A DNA stretch of 64,000 bases from the NCBI GenBank assembly GCA_963845755.1, contig CAWJTV010000005.1:256001-320000 (forward strand). The letters run 5' to 3'. The stretch is from an uncultured Planctomycetota bacterium. GTDB taxonomy: Bacteria > Planctomycetota > Planctomycetia > Isosphaerales > Isosphaeraceae. The stretch's first letter is position 1. Each line of letters opens with the position of its first letter. The notes below the pieces were generated by a model that was given only the letters and a program-made list of their open reading frames with translations, made no database searches and was not told the DNA's origin. Below, piece by piece: positions 20,801-33,896 of the stretch. The translations under genes and the position numbers were made by a program.

Positions 20801-23800
20801 GAGTCGGGCGTGGCGTGGCCGGCATCGCCGACGGTGGCGGCATGTTCGTCAACAGTGGATCGTTGACGTTGGGGAGCTATTCCTTGTCGGGTGACGTCGC
20901 GACTTTTGGCGGCGCGATCGCCAATGCGGCGGGTGGATCGGTAAAGGGCAGTTCCGTCCAACTCTCCGGCAACGTGGCCGATACCGGCGGAGCCGTGTTG
21001 AACTTCGGTACGTTTACTCTCAATGACGGAGACATCGGGGGCAATTCCGCCTCTGGCGGCGCTGGTGGCGTCTACAATGCCTCGAACGGCTCGCTCGATT
21101 TCACTTCAGTCGGCGTCTTCAACAACATTGCGAATTCGAGGTCCGGTGGCGGCATCGAGAACATTTCCGGGTCCGTGAAAATCAGCAATGGCGTCTTCTC
21201 GGGTAACACGGCGGAGCGGAGGGGCGGCGGCATCTACAGCTCCGGGGGCTCGTTGACCATCACCGGAGTCAACGAAGTCACCGACAACGCGGTGGAAGCG
21301 ACAGGGCCCGCTTCCTCGGTAACCGTCGGCTTCGGAGGTGGTATCGATGTGCAGGCCGGCAATGCCACGATCAGCGGCGCCACCATCTCCGGCAACTCTT
21401 CCGAGCTTGGCGGCGGCATTTACATCTCAGACGGTTCGGTGACGATCAGCAATGACACGATCTCGAGCAACAGCGCGCTCCTCGGCGGCGGCATCCAAAA
21501 CCTGGGGACGCTGACGATCAGCAATGTGACCATCACGGGAAACTCGGCGGGCACCATTGGCGGCGGGATCAACAATCCCGGACAGCTTACGATCAACGGC
21601 TCGACGATCTCGGACAACGTGGCGGGGTCCTCCGGCGGCGGTATCTACAATGCCGGCACGATCTCCGCCGATACCATTCAGGTCTCGGGCAACACCGCTG
21701 ATGATGGCGGCGGCGGCCTCTACAACGCGGGAACGGTCACGGTCAACACCGGCACGTTCTCGAACAACGTGTCACCCGGCGTCGGGACCGGCCGATCGGC
21801 TACGCCGGGACGAGGAGGCGGCATCCTCAACACGTCCACGCTCACCTTGGATGACGTCAACCTCACTCAGAACACCGCCGGCGCGGGCGGCGGCCTCTAT
21901 AATACCGGAGGCCAGGTGAAAGCCTCCAGGATCACCGTCTCCGACAATTCCGCGAATCTGGGCGACGGCGGCGGTATCTATTTCCACAACGGCACGCTCA
22001 CGTTCAAGCTGGGGCGTCTGGACGGCAACCAGGCCGCGGGGAGTGCCGTCAACGGATCGTACGGCCGCGGCGGTGGACTCTATCAGAACGGCGGCAAGAT
22101 CACGATCGCGGGGAGCACGTCCGCCGCGAGCAATACGTTGGGCGTTGGGAGCATCGTGGATAATTCCGCGGGGCAAGGCGGCGGCATCTACCTCTTCGGC
22201 GGCTCGCTGACGCTCAGCTTCGCACATCTCGCGAAGAACTCCGCAGTCCAGTCCGGCGGCGCCATCGACAACGGCGGCACCTTGCTGCTCGCGAACTCCT
22301 TTGTCTTCAGCAACACGGCGAGCATCGATGGCGGCGGCATCGAGAACGCGATCTCGCTGAGCGTGTTGACGATCAATAACTCGACACTCTGGAACAATGA
22401 CGCCGGTAGCGAAGGGGGTACTCTTCGCAACCTCGGCCAGGCCACAGCGACCATTAACACCAGCACGATCAAGGACAGCTCCGCGAGCTTGGGTGGCGCC
22501 ATCGCGAATACGGGGACGTTGACGGTCAGCGGCAGCACGATCGCCTCCAGTTCGGCGTCCCAGTTCGGCGGCGGCATCTACGACGACCTCACCGGAGTGA
22601 TGAATCTGACGAACTCCACCATCGCTGCGAATACCGCCCAGGCCGGCGGCGGCGGAGTCTACTCCCAGGGCACGTTGCAGGCCGTGAACGTCACGATCGC
22701 CGAGAACCTCATCAATGGAGGTGACGGAGGCGGGTTGAACGTCGCAGGTGGATCGGCCAAGGTCTACAACTCGATCATCGATTCCAACACATCTGGCGGG
22801 GGGACGGACCTCGCCGGCAATCTGGCCAACGCCAGCAGGAACAACCTGATCGGGGTCCCCAACGCGGACCTGGGTCCCCTGGCGAATAACGGTGGCCCGA
22901 CTCAGACGATCGCCCTGCTGGCAGGCAGTCCGGCCATCGACGGGGGATCGAGCTCCATCGCCGGTGTGATCGTGCCGACTAGCGACCAGCGTGGTGCCGT
23001 CCGTGGAGGACAGGCCAATGCCGTCAACGCCGGGTCGATTGTGGACATCGGTGCCTACGAGGCCAGCTCGGCCTTCTTGATCACCTCCGCAGCCGATTCG
23101 TTCCAGATTTCCGGCACGCTACGCCTGGGCATGAACTGGGCGGCGATCAGCGACAACTTCAATCCCGAGAACCTGTCCCCGTCTCCGACCGCCAACGCTC
23201 CCAATACCCTCGTTTTCGCCACCAACGGGACGTTCTCCACAGCCCAGACGATCACGCTGACGCTCGGTACTCTGACAATCCCCACGACTCACGCGGTGGC
23301 GATCGATGGCCCCGGTAGCGGTCTGGTCACGATCAGCGGCGGGTGGGCGGTCCAGGTCGTCAACGTTCCCACGGGAGCGACGGCCACACTCGAAGGTATC
23401 ACCATCACGGGCGGGAACGCGACCGCCGGCGGTGGCGTCGGGAATGCCGGCACCTTGACCCTGATCAACACGAATCTTCAGGGCAACTCGGCCAGCGAGT
23501 CCGGCGGCGGGGTGGACAGCGTCGGCACCATCCACATCACCGGTGGCACGATCTCAGGCAACTCGGCGGGGACCGGTGGCGGCGTGCATAGCGTCGGCAG
23601 CCTCTACCTCGTCAACGCGAACATGAACAACAACTCGGCCTCTCTCGACGGCGGTGGCGTCGCGTATTCGGCCAGCAGCAGTGGCAGCGGAAGCCTGGTG
23701 ATGTCGGGCACGACATTCTCGGACAACATGGCCAATGAGGGCGGCGGGCTTTACATAGGCTCTGGTGCGGTAACGATCGCCGGAGGCACCCTCACCGGCA

Positions 23801-26800
23801 ACTCAGCCACCTTCTCGGATGGCGGCGCTGTGTATGTCTTTGGGGGCAACCTGGCGATCACGGGTGTAACCTTCTCGTCTAACGCGGCCGTGAATGGATC
23901 CGGCGGGGCGATCTACAATGCCGGTGGATCGCTGATCGCAACGAACCTCATCCTCGAGAACAACTCGGCAGGGGCCGGCGGGGCGTTAGCCAACACGGCA
24001 CAGGTCACGCTCGCCACCAGCACCATTGCCTCGAACTCGGCGAGCGTCAACGGTGGCGGCATCCTGAATACGGGATCGCTCCAAGTCTCCACGGTGAGCA
24101 TTTCTCAGAACACGGCCAGCGGTGGACCAGGCGGTGGCATCGACAACTTCGGGACCCTCTCGGTCGAAGACAGCACGATCGCCTACAATTCGGCCAGCAC
24201 GATTGGTGGTGGCATCTCCGACATCGGCACGGCCGTGGACAACTTGAGCAACTCCACGATCGCGGGCAATTTCGGCCAGGGCGGCGGCGGCGGCATCTAT
24301 ACACAGGGCACGCTGACGTCAGTCAACGTTACGATCGCCAACAATACGATCAACCAGGGTCAGGGCGGCGGGGTCTATGTTGACCCGAGCGCCACGGCCG
24401 CACTCTACAACACGATCGTCGATTCGAACACGCCCAGTGGGTCCGACCTCTCCGGCACGTTGTCAGGCACGAGCTCGAACAACCTGATCGGCGACCCCAA
24501 TGCGGACCTCGGTCCCTTGACGAACAACGGCGGCACGACCCTGACCATCGCCCTCGGGCAAGGCAGCGACGCCATTGACACGGGAGCCAACACGATCGCC
24601 GGCGTGACCGTGCCGACTACCGACCAGCGCGGCGCCCTGCGCGGCGCGTTGGGGATCAACGCCGGATCGTTGGTAGACATCGGAGCCTATGAGGCCAGCT
24701 CTTCTTACCAGGTCGCCACCGCGGCCGACACCACCGAAACCGGGACCCTGCGTACCGGCGTCGGCTGGGCCAATGTCAGCTTCAACGACAATCCCGAGAA
24801 CATCGCCAGCCCGGCCCCCAACACAGTCCAGATCATCACGAGCCTACCGATCACCCTGTCGCCGGCCCTCGGCACTCTGCAGTTCTCGAATACCGGTACG
24901 GCGGAGGAGATCGACAACGTGGGTAGGGGCCTGGCCGTGATCAGCGGCAATGGCGCGGTCGGGGTCTTGCAGGTGAACCAGGGTGTGACCGTGACCCTCA
25001 CCGACCTGGAGATTACAGCCGGCATGGCCACTACGGGCGGCGGGATCGAGAATGACGGCTCGCTCACGCTCAACTCGACGACTGTCACCGGCAACTCGGC
25101 CACCGAGGGTGGTGGCGGGGTGAACAACACGGGCTCGCTCACCCTCACCGGGGCGACGATCTCGGGGAATACGGCCACGTCGGGCGGAGGTGTCAACAAC
25201 ACGGGCACGCTGATGCTCAGTGACTCCGCCGCGATCACGGGCAATTCGGCCAGCGGAGCCGGCGGCGGCGTCCTCGACAACGGTACGCTCACCATTGACG
25301 GCTCTACGATCTCGCAGAACTCCGCCGGCTCAGGGGGTGGAGTCGACGTCGGCGGTTCCTTGACCGCGACCAACTCGACCATCTCGGGTAACTCGGCCGC
25401 CCTCAGTGGTGGCGGGGTGGGCGTCGCATTTACGGGCACGTTCATCGTTTCCAATTCGACCATTTCGGGCAATTCCGCCGCAGCCGACGGCGGCGGGATC
25501 GATAGCGCGGGTCTTGTGACACTGGGACACTCGACCGCGATCACGAACAATTCAGCCGGCGGAGTCGGTGGCGGCCTGAACATCGAGCCGGGCGGTTCGG
25601 GTACGGCGTCCTACTCGACCCTGTCAGGGAATACCGCGACGACAGGCGGCGGAATCGACAACAGCGGCGGGCTCACGATCTCGATCTCGAATATTCAATC
25701 GAATGTGGCCACGGGCTCCGGTGGTGGCCTCAATGTTGAGGTTGGCGGCACGGTGACGCTCACCGATTTGACCGTGAGCGGGAATCAGGCGGGCGGTTCC
25801 GGCGGCGGGCTCTCCAACGCCGGCACTGCGACCGTTACCAATGCAACCATCGCCGGCAATTCGGGCAGCAGCGCGGGCGGGATCCTCAACACAGGAACGC
25901 TCACGGCGATCAACGCGACGATCGCCGAGAATACCATTTCGAGCAGCGGCACCGGCGGTGGCCTCTATGCCCAACTGGGGACTGCCACCTTGTACAACAC
26001 GATCGTCGCCACGAACACCGCCGGCACCAGCACGGCCAGTAATGCCGCCGGCTCGCTGTCGCAAATCAGTGCAGACAACTTGTTCGGCAAGGGAGGCGCC
26101 GGCGGGCTGACGACATTCGATAACAATCAAATCAATGTCGCGAACCCGCTCCTGGGTACGCTGTCGAATAACGGCGGGCCATCTCCTCTCGCAGGACAGC
26201 CGATCCTGAGCCTCGCTCTACTCGCCGGAAGCCCCGCGATCGACGCCGGAAGCAGCACCATCCCCGGAGTGAGCATCCCGAATACGGACCAGCGCGGGGC
26301 GCTGCGCGGCCCGGCAGGGCTCGACGCCGGGTCGGCGGTCGACATCGGGGCGTACGAGGCCAGTTCCTCATACCTCGTCACCACCACCAGCGACTCGACC
26401 GATATGGGGACCATCCGCGCGGGTCTTGGTGGATGGGCCGGCGCCAGTACCAACAACAATCCGGAGGCGCTCGCGGCCGCCCAGGCCAACAATGGGATCG
26501 CCCCGGCGAACACGATGGTCTTCGACGAAACTGGAGCCTTCGCGACACCTCAGACGATCACGCTCTCATCCACTCTCGGCCCTCTCATTCTGTCGAATTC
26601 CGCTACGCCGGAAGCGATCGACGGCACGGCCTCGAACGGTCTGACGATCAGTGGTGGTGGAGCGGTCGGCGTGATCACGGTCGACGCGAATACGACGGCG
26701 AACCTGATTGGCCTGACGATCACCGGCGGCAACTCGACGACCGGAGGCGCCATCAACAATCAGGGCCATTTGCTCACGATCATCAATTCGACCGTCAGCG

Positions 26801-29054
26801 GCAACTCGGCGACCATGGGCGGAGCCATCGATAATTCGGGCACATTAGCCCTCAGCAGCTCCACCTTCTATAACAATGCCGCCAATCAGGATGGTGGCGC
26901 CATCGACAATGAATCCACCGGCGTACTCACCGCCACGAATGTGACGATCGCCGACAATACGGCCTCCGAGGGTGGCGGCATCTTCAACAACCCCGGCGGT
27001 ACGATGACGGTTAACACCACGACGATCGCCATTAACAGCTCCGGTGACCGCGGGACTGGCGGCGGCCTGAATGCATCCGCGGGCGCTAGCACCACCTTGT
27101 ACAACACAATCGTCGCGCAGAACACCGATAGTGGCGGTTCGGCCGACGACGTGGCCGGCACGCTCAAGTCGAGCAGCTCAGGGAACATGTTCGGCACCGG
27201 CGGCAGCGGCGGGCTGACCGCCAGCGCGAATCTGATTAATGTTGCAAACCCCGGACTTAGTACATTGTCGAACAATGGCGGGGTGACCGAGACCATCCCG
27301 TTGATGACGGGCAGCCCAGCCATCGGCGCCGGCAGCTCGAGCCTTCCCGGAACACCCAACGTTGACCAGCGTGGGGCGGTCCGCGGAGTCGGCGATGTCT
27401 CACCCGTCACGGCCATCGATGCGGGGGCCTACGAGGTCAGCTCGTCCTATTTGGTCACGAGTCCTGCCGACTCTCTCGTTCCCGGGACGCTTCGAGCCGC
27501 CGTCGCCTGGGCCGATACCAACGCCGGAACGACGCCGATCAACATCCTCTTCGATACGGCAGGATTGTTCAGCCGGGCGCAGACCATCACTCTGACTCTC
27601 GGGACGTTGAGCCTGACCAACACCACGGCCGCGATCCACATCGACGGGACCGGCGTGAGCCTGTTGACCGTCAGCGGCAACGGCGCCTCCGGGATCTTCT
27701 CAATCGCGCCAGGTGTGACGGCCGATTTCACGGAGCTATCGATGATCGATGGCTCGGCCGCAGCCTCCGGCGGCGCCATCAGCAACGCGGGGAACCTGAC
27801 GGTCACCAACGCGACACTGGCGGACAACGTGGCCCTGGCGGGCTCCGGCGCCGGCATCTACAACACCGGGTCGCTCGTCGTCACCGACAGCGCGTTCTCG
27901 AAGAATGCCGCCGACTACTATGGCGGTGCGATCTACAACAATGGAGGCACGACATCCATCTCCGGATCGACCTTCGACGGGAATTCGACCCTCTACGGAC
28001 TGGGTGGCGCCCTCGATAACCAGGGCGGTGCGCTGGCGGTCACAGGATCGACGTTCCAGGACAATTCCAGCTTCGAGGGTGGGGCCATCTTCAATCGGTC
28101 CGGCACGACGTCGATCACCGACACGACCATCATGAGCAACTCGGCCTACCAGGGCGGGGGCTTATTCAACGACGGTTCCGGAACGACCCTCGGAAGTATG
28201 ACGGTCACGGACAGCACGCTTGCCGGGAACTCGGCGTTCCAGGGTGGCGCGATATCCAACAATTTCGGCGGCACGATGTTGCTGACCGACAGCACCCTGG
28301 CGAGTAACTTGGCCAACCAGTACGGCGGCGCCATCGATAATGTCGGCAACTTGACGATCATCAGCGCCACGATCGCCTACAACGTCGTGGCACCCGGCGG
28401 CATCGCCGGTGGGATCGATGTCTATGCCGGCTCGACGGCGATATACGACTCCATTGTCGTCCTCAACACCGTCGGCAGTGTTGCCAGCGCACCCGCCAGC
28501 GACATTGTCGGCTCCGTCGTCGCCACGAGCTCGTACAACCTGATCGGCAGCGGGGGTCTGACTAACAAGATCAACAACAATCTGGTCGGCGTTCTCCTCC
28601 CCGGTCTCGCTCCCAGCCTGGCCAATAACGGCGGACCCACGGAAACCCTCGCGCTGCTCCCGAGTAGCCCCGCCATCGGCGCCGGGAGTGCGACGATCCC
28701 CGGTGTGATCGTGCCGTCTACCGATCAACGTGGCCAGACCCTGGACTCTCCGCCCGACCTCGGGGCGTACCAGACCGTGCCGATCCCCATCTCTCTCCGG
28801 GTATCAACGAAGAGTCCGGCCAGCGGCGCTGCCCAGGTCCTCACGACCATCGTGGCAGCCAACACGACGCCTACCGCCGTATCGACCACCCCGATCGTGA
28901 GCTCCCCCAACCCGTTCACGGCGAGGAAGCTCGGCGGCGAGCCCGCCGCCACAAGGTGGCCGCCGCGCCGCACACGACCGTCCATAAGTCCGAACATGCC
29001 GTCCCGGTCGCCCGGAAGACGCCGAAGGTCCGCATCGCCAAGCATCATGGGTAA
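17880..29054 (+). CDS. Giant (~3,700 aa) extracellular protein: planctomycete LE.R.LL-like N-terminus, S53 (sedolisin) peptidase, Ig-like linker, five beta-helix (PMP-type) / choice-of-anchor-Q modules; ~5 single-base frameshifts
   Basis: 'RPILEGLEIRLTLS'; S53 motifs EEALDVE, STGDSG, GGTSEACP, GYDLDTGLG; dozens of GGGI/GGAI..N repeats; five 'NNGG.T...DQRG...D(I/L/A)GAY(E/Q)' modules; pieced from ORFs starting at 17880, 17914, 19577, 20206 and a final frame ending at TAA 29054. Confidence 0.85.
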
Positions 29055-29067
29055 GACCCGCGGACGG

Positions 29068-29110
29068 GAGGGGAACTGGCACCGCGCTATTCAGGTGCCT
29101 CTTTCCCCTC
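29068..29110 (+). terminator. Hairpin just after the giant gene (terminator or REP-like)
   Basis: gaggggaa..ggcacc / ggtgcc..ttcccctc, 13 nt after TAA 29054. Confidence 0.5.
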
Positions 29111-29290
29111 TCGTCGGCCGATCTTTGCGGCCGCACACACCGTTAATCGCACGAGCCCAACATTCCGCGTTCGTCGCGAGTTGGCTTGCCTCTCAGGACC
29201 AAAAACTCGACCTCGAACCGCGAGTCTTGAGATGCTGCGGCACCGATAATCCTCATCTCGATCCCGATCGCTTCCGTTCGAGGATTCTCA

Positions 29291-29608
29291 CTATCGGCCG
29301 GAACTGCCTGAGTAGAGACCTGCCTCGATATCGCGGACGGTTCGCGCATCGGGATCGTGCCCGAGGACAAAGCTCCAGAGGGTCGAACGCCAACCATTGC
29401 AACCGGTATAATCCGGAGAGTCCCCGTACGTGCCATAGCCGGCATTGCCTACCGGTCGGCTCCAGGACGTGAGTGCGCCCGAAGAATCGTGGGCTAAATA
29501 CTGGGCATGGGCTTGGGGCATCGACTGCGGGGCCGGGAACACGGTGCAACTTTTGTTATCACAGCCGACTCCGCTGAGGGCCATCAATATAATCACGGCT
29601 CCCTGCAT
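29291..29608 (-). CDS. Small putative lipoprotein
   Basis: 'MQGAVIILMALSGVGC' lipobox-like signal, GGAGA upstream, 105 aa. Confidence 0.65.
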   Translation of the reverse strand: MQGAVIILMALSGVGCDNKSCTVFPAPQSMPQAHAQYLAHDSSGALTSWSRPVGNAGYGTYGDSPDYTGCNGWRSTLWSFVLGHDPDARTVRDIEAGLYSGSSGR

Positions 29609-29913
29609 GGCATCTCTCCGCATCCGTATGAGATGAAGTCGGATTCCTCCGCGCCCGCCCCACGAAGCTGGGATACGCTGAATTCGTATCAAGATCATAC
29701 CCCATCTTTGACCCAGGATTTGCTAAACCTGTAAGCCGGCGGAGGAGGGCGTTCGCGCATTCTTGCATGTCTCGACGCGCGACGATCCGGGAGTCTAGCC
29801 CAGGATCGATGGGATCGAGCTTGTCCCGCACTTCTCGGTCGGCCACCCGAACCTTATGATTCGTCCCTTCGAGACCTCCCGCTCATCGAAGTGATCTGGA
29901 GAGCACATCCGAC

Positions 29914-30456
29914 ATGTCAATGACCTATCTGGCGCTCCTTCGCGGTATCAACGTCGGCGGCAAGAATAAACTACGGATGAAGGAGCTGGCCGAGCTGTTC
30001 GGCCTCGCGGGATGCGTCGATGTCCGGACGTATATCCAGAGCGGAAACGTGGTCTTCCGCGGCGAACCTCGCATCGTGGAACGAATCCCGGATCTGATCT
30101 CCGCAGAGATCGGGACGCGGTACGGCTATCAAATCCCTGTGGTCCTGCGCACGACCGAACAGATTCGCGACGTCATCGCGAATAATCCTTATCTCAAGGC
30201 AGGTGTCGCGGAAGACGAGCTGCATGTCCTGTTCCTTGCGAACCTACCGGCGCGGCATCGTATCGATGATCTCGATCCTGCTCGTTCTCCGTCGGATTCC
30301 TTCGCCGTGCAAGGTCAGGAGGTTTATTTGCGCCTACCCAACGGAGCCGCATCGAGCAAACTCACCAATCAATACTTCGACTCGAAATTGGCGACGATCA
30401 GCACAGGGAGAAACTGGTGGACAGTGCAGCAACTCTTGGAAATGATGAAGGCTTGA
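29914..30456 (+). CDS. DUF1697 family protein
   Basis: 'YLALLRGINVGGKNKL.M.EL', 'VRTYIQSGNVVF', 'TGRNW.TV'. Confidence 0.92.
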   Translation: MSMTYLALLRGINVGGKNKLRMKELAELFGLAGCVDVRTYIQSGNVVFRGEPRIVERIPDLISAEIGTRYGYQIPVVLRTTEQIRDVIANNPYLKAGVAEDELHVLFLANLPARHRIDDLDPARSPSDSFAVQGQEVYLRLPNGAASSKLTNQYFDSKLATISTGRNWWTVQQLLEMMKA

Positions 30457-31242
30457 CCTTGAGCGCTCGACTATTGTGTCGCGGATTCCCCAGGGTCACG
30501 CGAAGACCCCGCTAAACTACAGGCCAAAATTTATTTTGGATTTTTTATCTGCCGCTGAGGCTGAGAGTTGGGGCGACTCCCGGCCGAAATCCCCGCTAGG
30601 TGCATTAACGTTTTCCCAAAGTTGCGGCATCCTAAGAGTATGGCCCACGCACGATCACTCCCGAGACGGGCGCCTGGACCGCGCCGCCCGGTTCACGCCG
30701 TCGTCGCAACCGGATATCAGCCAAGGAGATCGGGGAGGGCGACTCGGGAAAAAGATGTCCCATTGTGCCACTTCATGACACCCGCATCGGTCAGTGAGTC
30801 CCGGAGGGGACCTGCGGTCGGCATGGTGGCCAGGTCGGGAGACCGTGCCACAGCCCGGGGCACGGGCCACACAAATGGGAGGCGCTCTAGCCCACGACCG
30901 CAATCGAAAACAGGCGAGAGCCAGTGGAATTGCTTGGTAATCCGCATGCTTGCTGGATTGACCTCCGGCAATAGACTCGGTGAGTGCGGACCGTGCGTGG
31001 TGGTGCGCGGAACTTGGCATTGAACTGGCAGAGATCCATCATGCCGTCTTGCATGGAGAGACGGACCAAGATCGTCTTCCCGGGCGAGACAGCAGATGCT
31101 AAACTGAGTGGTTCATCCCTGAAGCGAGCGGTTGATTTCGACAGAATTTGAGCGATGATGGTCGGCTGGTGATGATGCCACTCGCGGATGTCAAGGATGC
31201 CAATTATCATTGCCGACTATCGACTTCGATTGAGGACCCCGA

Positions 31243-32294
31243 ATGATCATTGTTCTGAAGCCGCATCCGGCGCCGGAGGTCGTCGAGCACGTCCTCGAGC
31301 GGATCGCGGCGCTGGGATTGACCCCTCACCTCAGCCAGGGAGTATCGCGGACGATCATCGGGGTCATCGGTGATGAGGAGAAGTTGCAAGTCGAGCCCTT
31401 GCAGGCGATACCCGGTGTAGAGCAGGTTGTGCCCATCCTCAAGCCGTTCAAGCTCGCCAGCCGGGAGTTCCATGCCGAGGCGTCGGTCTTCACGATCAAG
31501 GGGGTCAAGATTGGCGGAGGTCATCTCGCGGTGATCGCCGGACCGTGCGCGATCGAGGGGGAATCGCTGCTCTTCGAGGTTGCGGCCCGAGTGCGCCAGG
31601 CCGGGGCGAACATTCTCCGAGGGGGTGCATTCAAGCCGCGGACCAGTCCCTACAGCTTCCAGGGACTCGGCCAGGACGGCCTGAAGATCTTGCGGCTGGC
31701 CGGCGATCAGTTTGAAATGCCGGTCGTTACGGAAGTCATGGACCCACGGCAGGTTGAGATCGTCGAACGTTACGCGGACATCCTCCAGATCGGCGCAGCA
31801 ACATGCAGAACTTCGATCTGCTGAAGGAATGCGGTCGAACGCGAATTCCGGTCCTCTTGAAGCGAGGGCTCAGCGCAACGGTCAAGGACCTGCTTATGTC
31901 TGCCGAGTATGTCCTGGCGGAAGGAAACCGCCAGGTGATCCTCTGTGAGCGCGGGATCCGGACCTTTGAGGACTCGACTCGGAACACGCTCGACCTGTCG
32001 GTCGTGCCCAACATCCAGGGGCTGAGTCATCTGCCGATCATCGTTGACCCGAGCCATGCCACCGGCCGGCCGGACCTGATTCCCGCGATGGCCCGAGCGG
32101 CGATCGCGGCGGGCGCCGACGGAATCCACGTCGAGGTCCATAGTTGTCCCGAAAAGGCTCTGTCCGACGGGCCGCAGGCGCTGGTTCCCGACCAGTTCGA
32201 CCAGCTCATGGACGAAATCCGACCCCTCGCGGACCTGCTCGGCAGGTCGATCGACAGCCTCGTTGGAGAACCGAGCACATGCGCAGCTTGCTGA
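31243..32294 (+). CDS. aroF: DAHP synthase (type I-beta, N-terminal ACT-like domain); frameshift at ~31797
   Basis: '[10 protein letters not shown]', 'IAGPCAIE', '[16 protein letters not shown]', 'QIGA|NMQNF', 'VDPSHATG', 'ALSDGPQ'. Confidence 0.92.
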
Positions 32295-33070
32295 TCGCGG
32301 GGAATTGGAAGATGAATCCAACGGCGCGGTCCGAGGCTGTCGCCCTGGCCGAGTCGATCAAGGCGGGCGTGGGGACGGCCGTTGACGTCCATGTCGTCCT
32401 CTGCCCCCCATCGGTTTATCTCGGTGCGGTCGATGCGGTCCTGGACGGCTCGCCCATCGGCCTGGGCGGTCAGAACATGCACTGGGAATCGGCTGGGGCC
32501 TACACTGGCGAGGTCTCCGGCGCCATGCTGGTCGATGCGGGGTGCACCCATGTCATCCTGGGACACAGCGAGCGCCGCCATGGCCTGGGCGAGACCGACG
32601 CCCAGGTCAACGCCAAACTCCTCGCGGCGCTGGCCAGCCATCTGATTCCAATCGTCTGCCTGGGCGAGACCAAGGATCAGCGTTTGCGCGATGAAACCGA
32701 GGCGGTCCTCGCGACGCAGTTAAGTGGCTCGCTGGCCGGTCTCTCTTCTGAGCAGATGGCTGGCACCGTATTGGCTTATGAACCAGTCTGGGCGATCGGG
32801 ACCGGCCTGACCGCGAGCCCGGAGCAAGCCCAGTCGGCCCACGCGTTCATCCGGGGTCGGCTGGCGGACCAGTTCGGCGAAGCGACCGCGGCTCGCGTTA
32901 TCGTCCAGTATGGAGGGAGCGTCAAGCCGGAGAACGCTGCGGAACTTCTGGCATGCCCCGACATCGACGGTTCACTCGTGGGGGGAGCCAGCCTGAAGGC
33001 CAAGGATTTCCTGGAAATCTTCCGCGCAGCTCGGGACGCTCGGAACAACAGCGGCGTTACAGGTGGCTAG
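32279..33070 (+). CDS. tpiA: Triosephosphate isomerase
   Basis: 'IAGNWKMN', 'GAYTGEVS', 'ILGHSERR', '[11 protein letters not shown]', 'YGGSVK', 'LVGGASL'. Confidence 0.98.
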   Translation: MRSLLIAGNWKMNPTARSEAVALAESIKAGVGTAVDVHVVLCPPSVYLGAVDAVLDGSPIGLGGQNMHWESAGAYTGEVSGAMLVDAGCTHVILGHSERRHGLGETDAQVNAKLLAALASHLIPIVCLGETKDQRLRDETEAVLATQLSGSLAGLSSEQMAGTVLAYEPVWAIGTGLTASPEQAQSAHAFIRGRLADQFGEATAARVIVQYGGSVKPENAAELLACPDIDGSLVGGASLKAKDFLEIFRAARDARNNSGVTGG

Positions 33071-33223
33071 AGGACACACAAGTCTATCGCCGTGTGGCAG
33101 AAGCTCGATCGTTCCCGATGGAGGCCCATGAGGTCTCAAATCTTGATCGACTCGCCACTTGTCGCTCACGACGACAACCGCCAGTCACGACGCTACTGAC
33201 CCCTTACCAGAAGGATCATTCTC

Positions 33224-33752
33224 GTGGTGAACTTCATCATCGGCATTCTGAATGCCTTGATGGTCCTGGGCTCGCTCTTCATGATTTGCATCGTCCTGAT
33301 CCAGGCGCGGAAAGGGTGGCGGGCTGGCTGGCGCATTCGGCGGAGTCGGGGGCTCGAGCGCCTTCGGAACCAAGGCCGGCGACGTCTTCACCCGAATCAC
33401 CATCGGCGTCGCCGTCGGCTGGATCCTTTCGGCCATGCTGCTGGTCGTCCTGACCAACCGCTATACGTCCTCCGCGTTTGACGTGGACGCACCCGCCTCG
33501 GAATCCAAGGACCTCGATGCGTTGTCAACGAAGGAGAAGTCCAAGGTCCCGGCGCCGGACCTCGGGCTGGATCAGCTTCCTCCGCAGATCCCCATGCTTC
33601 CGCCGGACTCGCCGCTGCCGACTCCCCCTGTGGATATCCCGGCAATTCCCGAACTTCCACCCAGCACGCCGGCAACGACGCCGAGCCAATCGGCCCCCGC
33701 CCCGCCTTCAACGACGCCGAGTAAGGCGGCCTCGGCCCCGGCACCGAAGTAG
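33224..33752 (+). CDS. secG: Preprotein translocase subunit SecG with Pro-rich C-terminal tail; frameshift at ~33304
   Basis: 'ICIVLIQ|RGKGGGLAGAFGGVGGSSAFGTKAGDVFTRIT'; conserved position after tpiA. Confidence 0.88.
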
Positions 33753-33896
33753 GCGGCGTTAGGCCATAGCGCGCCGAATATCGGGAATCGGTCGTGGAAT
33801 CGGCGCGGGACTCCGGGCACTGTCGGCAGACGTTCCCACAAAGTGAGTAGTCATGGGTCATTCGGAAAAGTTGAATCAAGAACCAGCGAGGCTCCT

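Noticed and set aside
20206..28800. CRISPR array or DNA tandem-repeat array
   Set aside because: The repetition is at protein level (GGGI..N, DQRG modules) with synonymous divergence; there is no fixed repeat-spacer period and no cas gene.
29055..29472. C-terminal extension of the 3088-aa track ORF
   Set aside because: Composition changes abruptly, it crosses a hairpin and it overlaps an opposite-strand lipoprotein gene; likely read-through after an indel.
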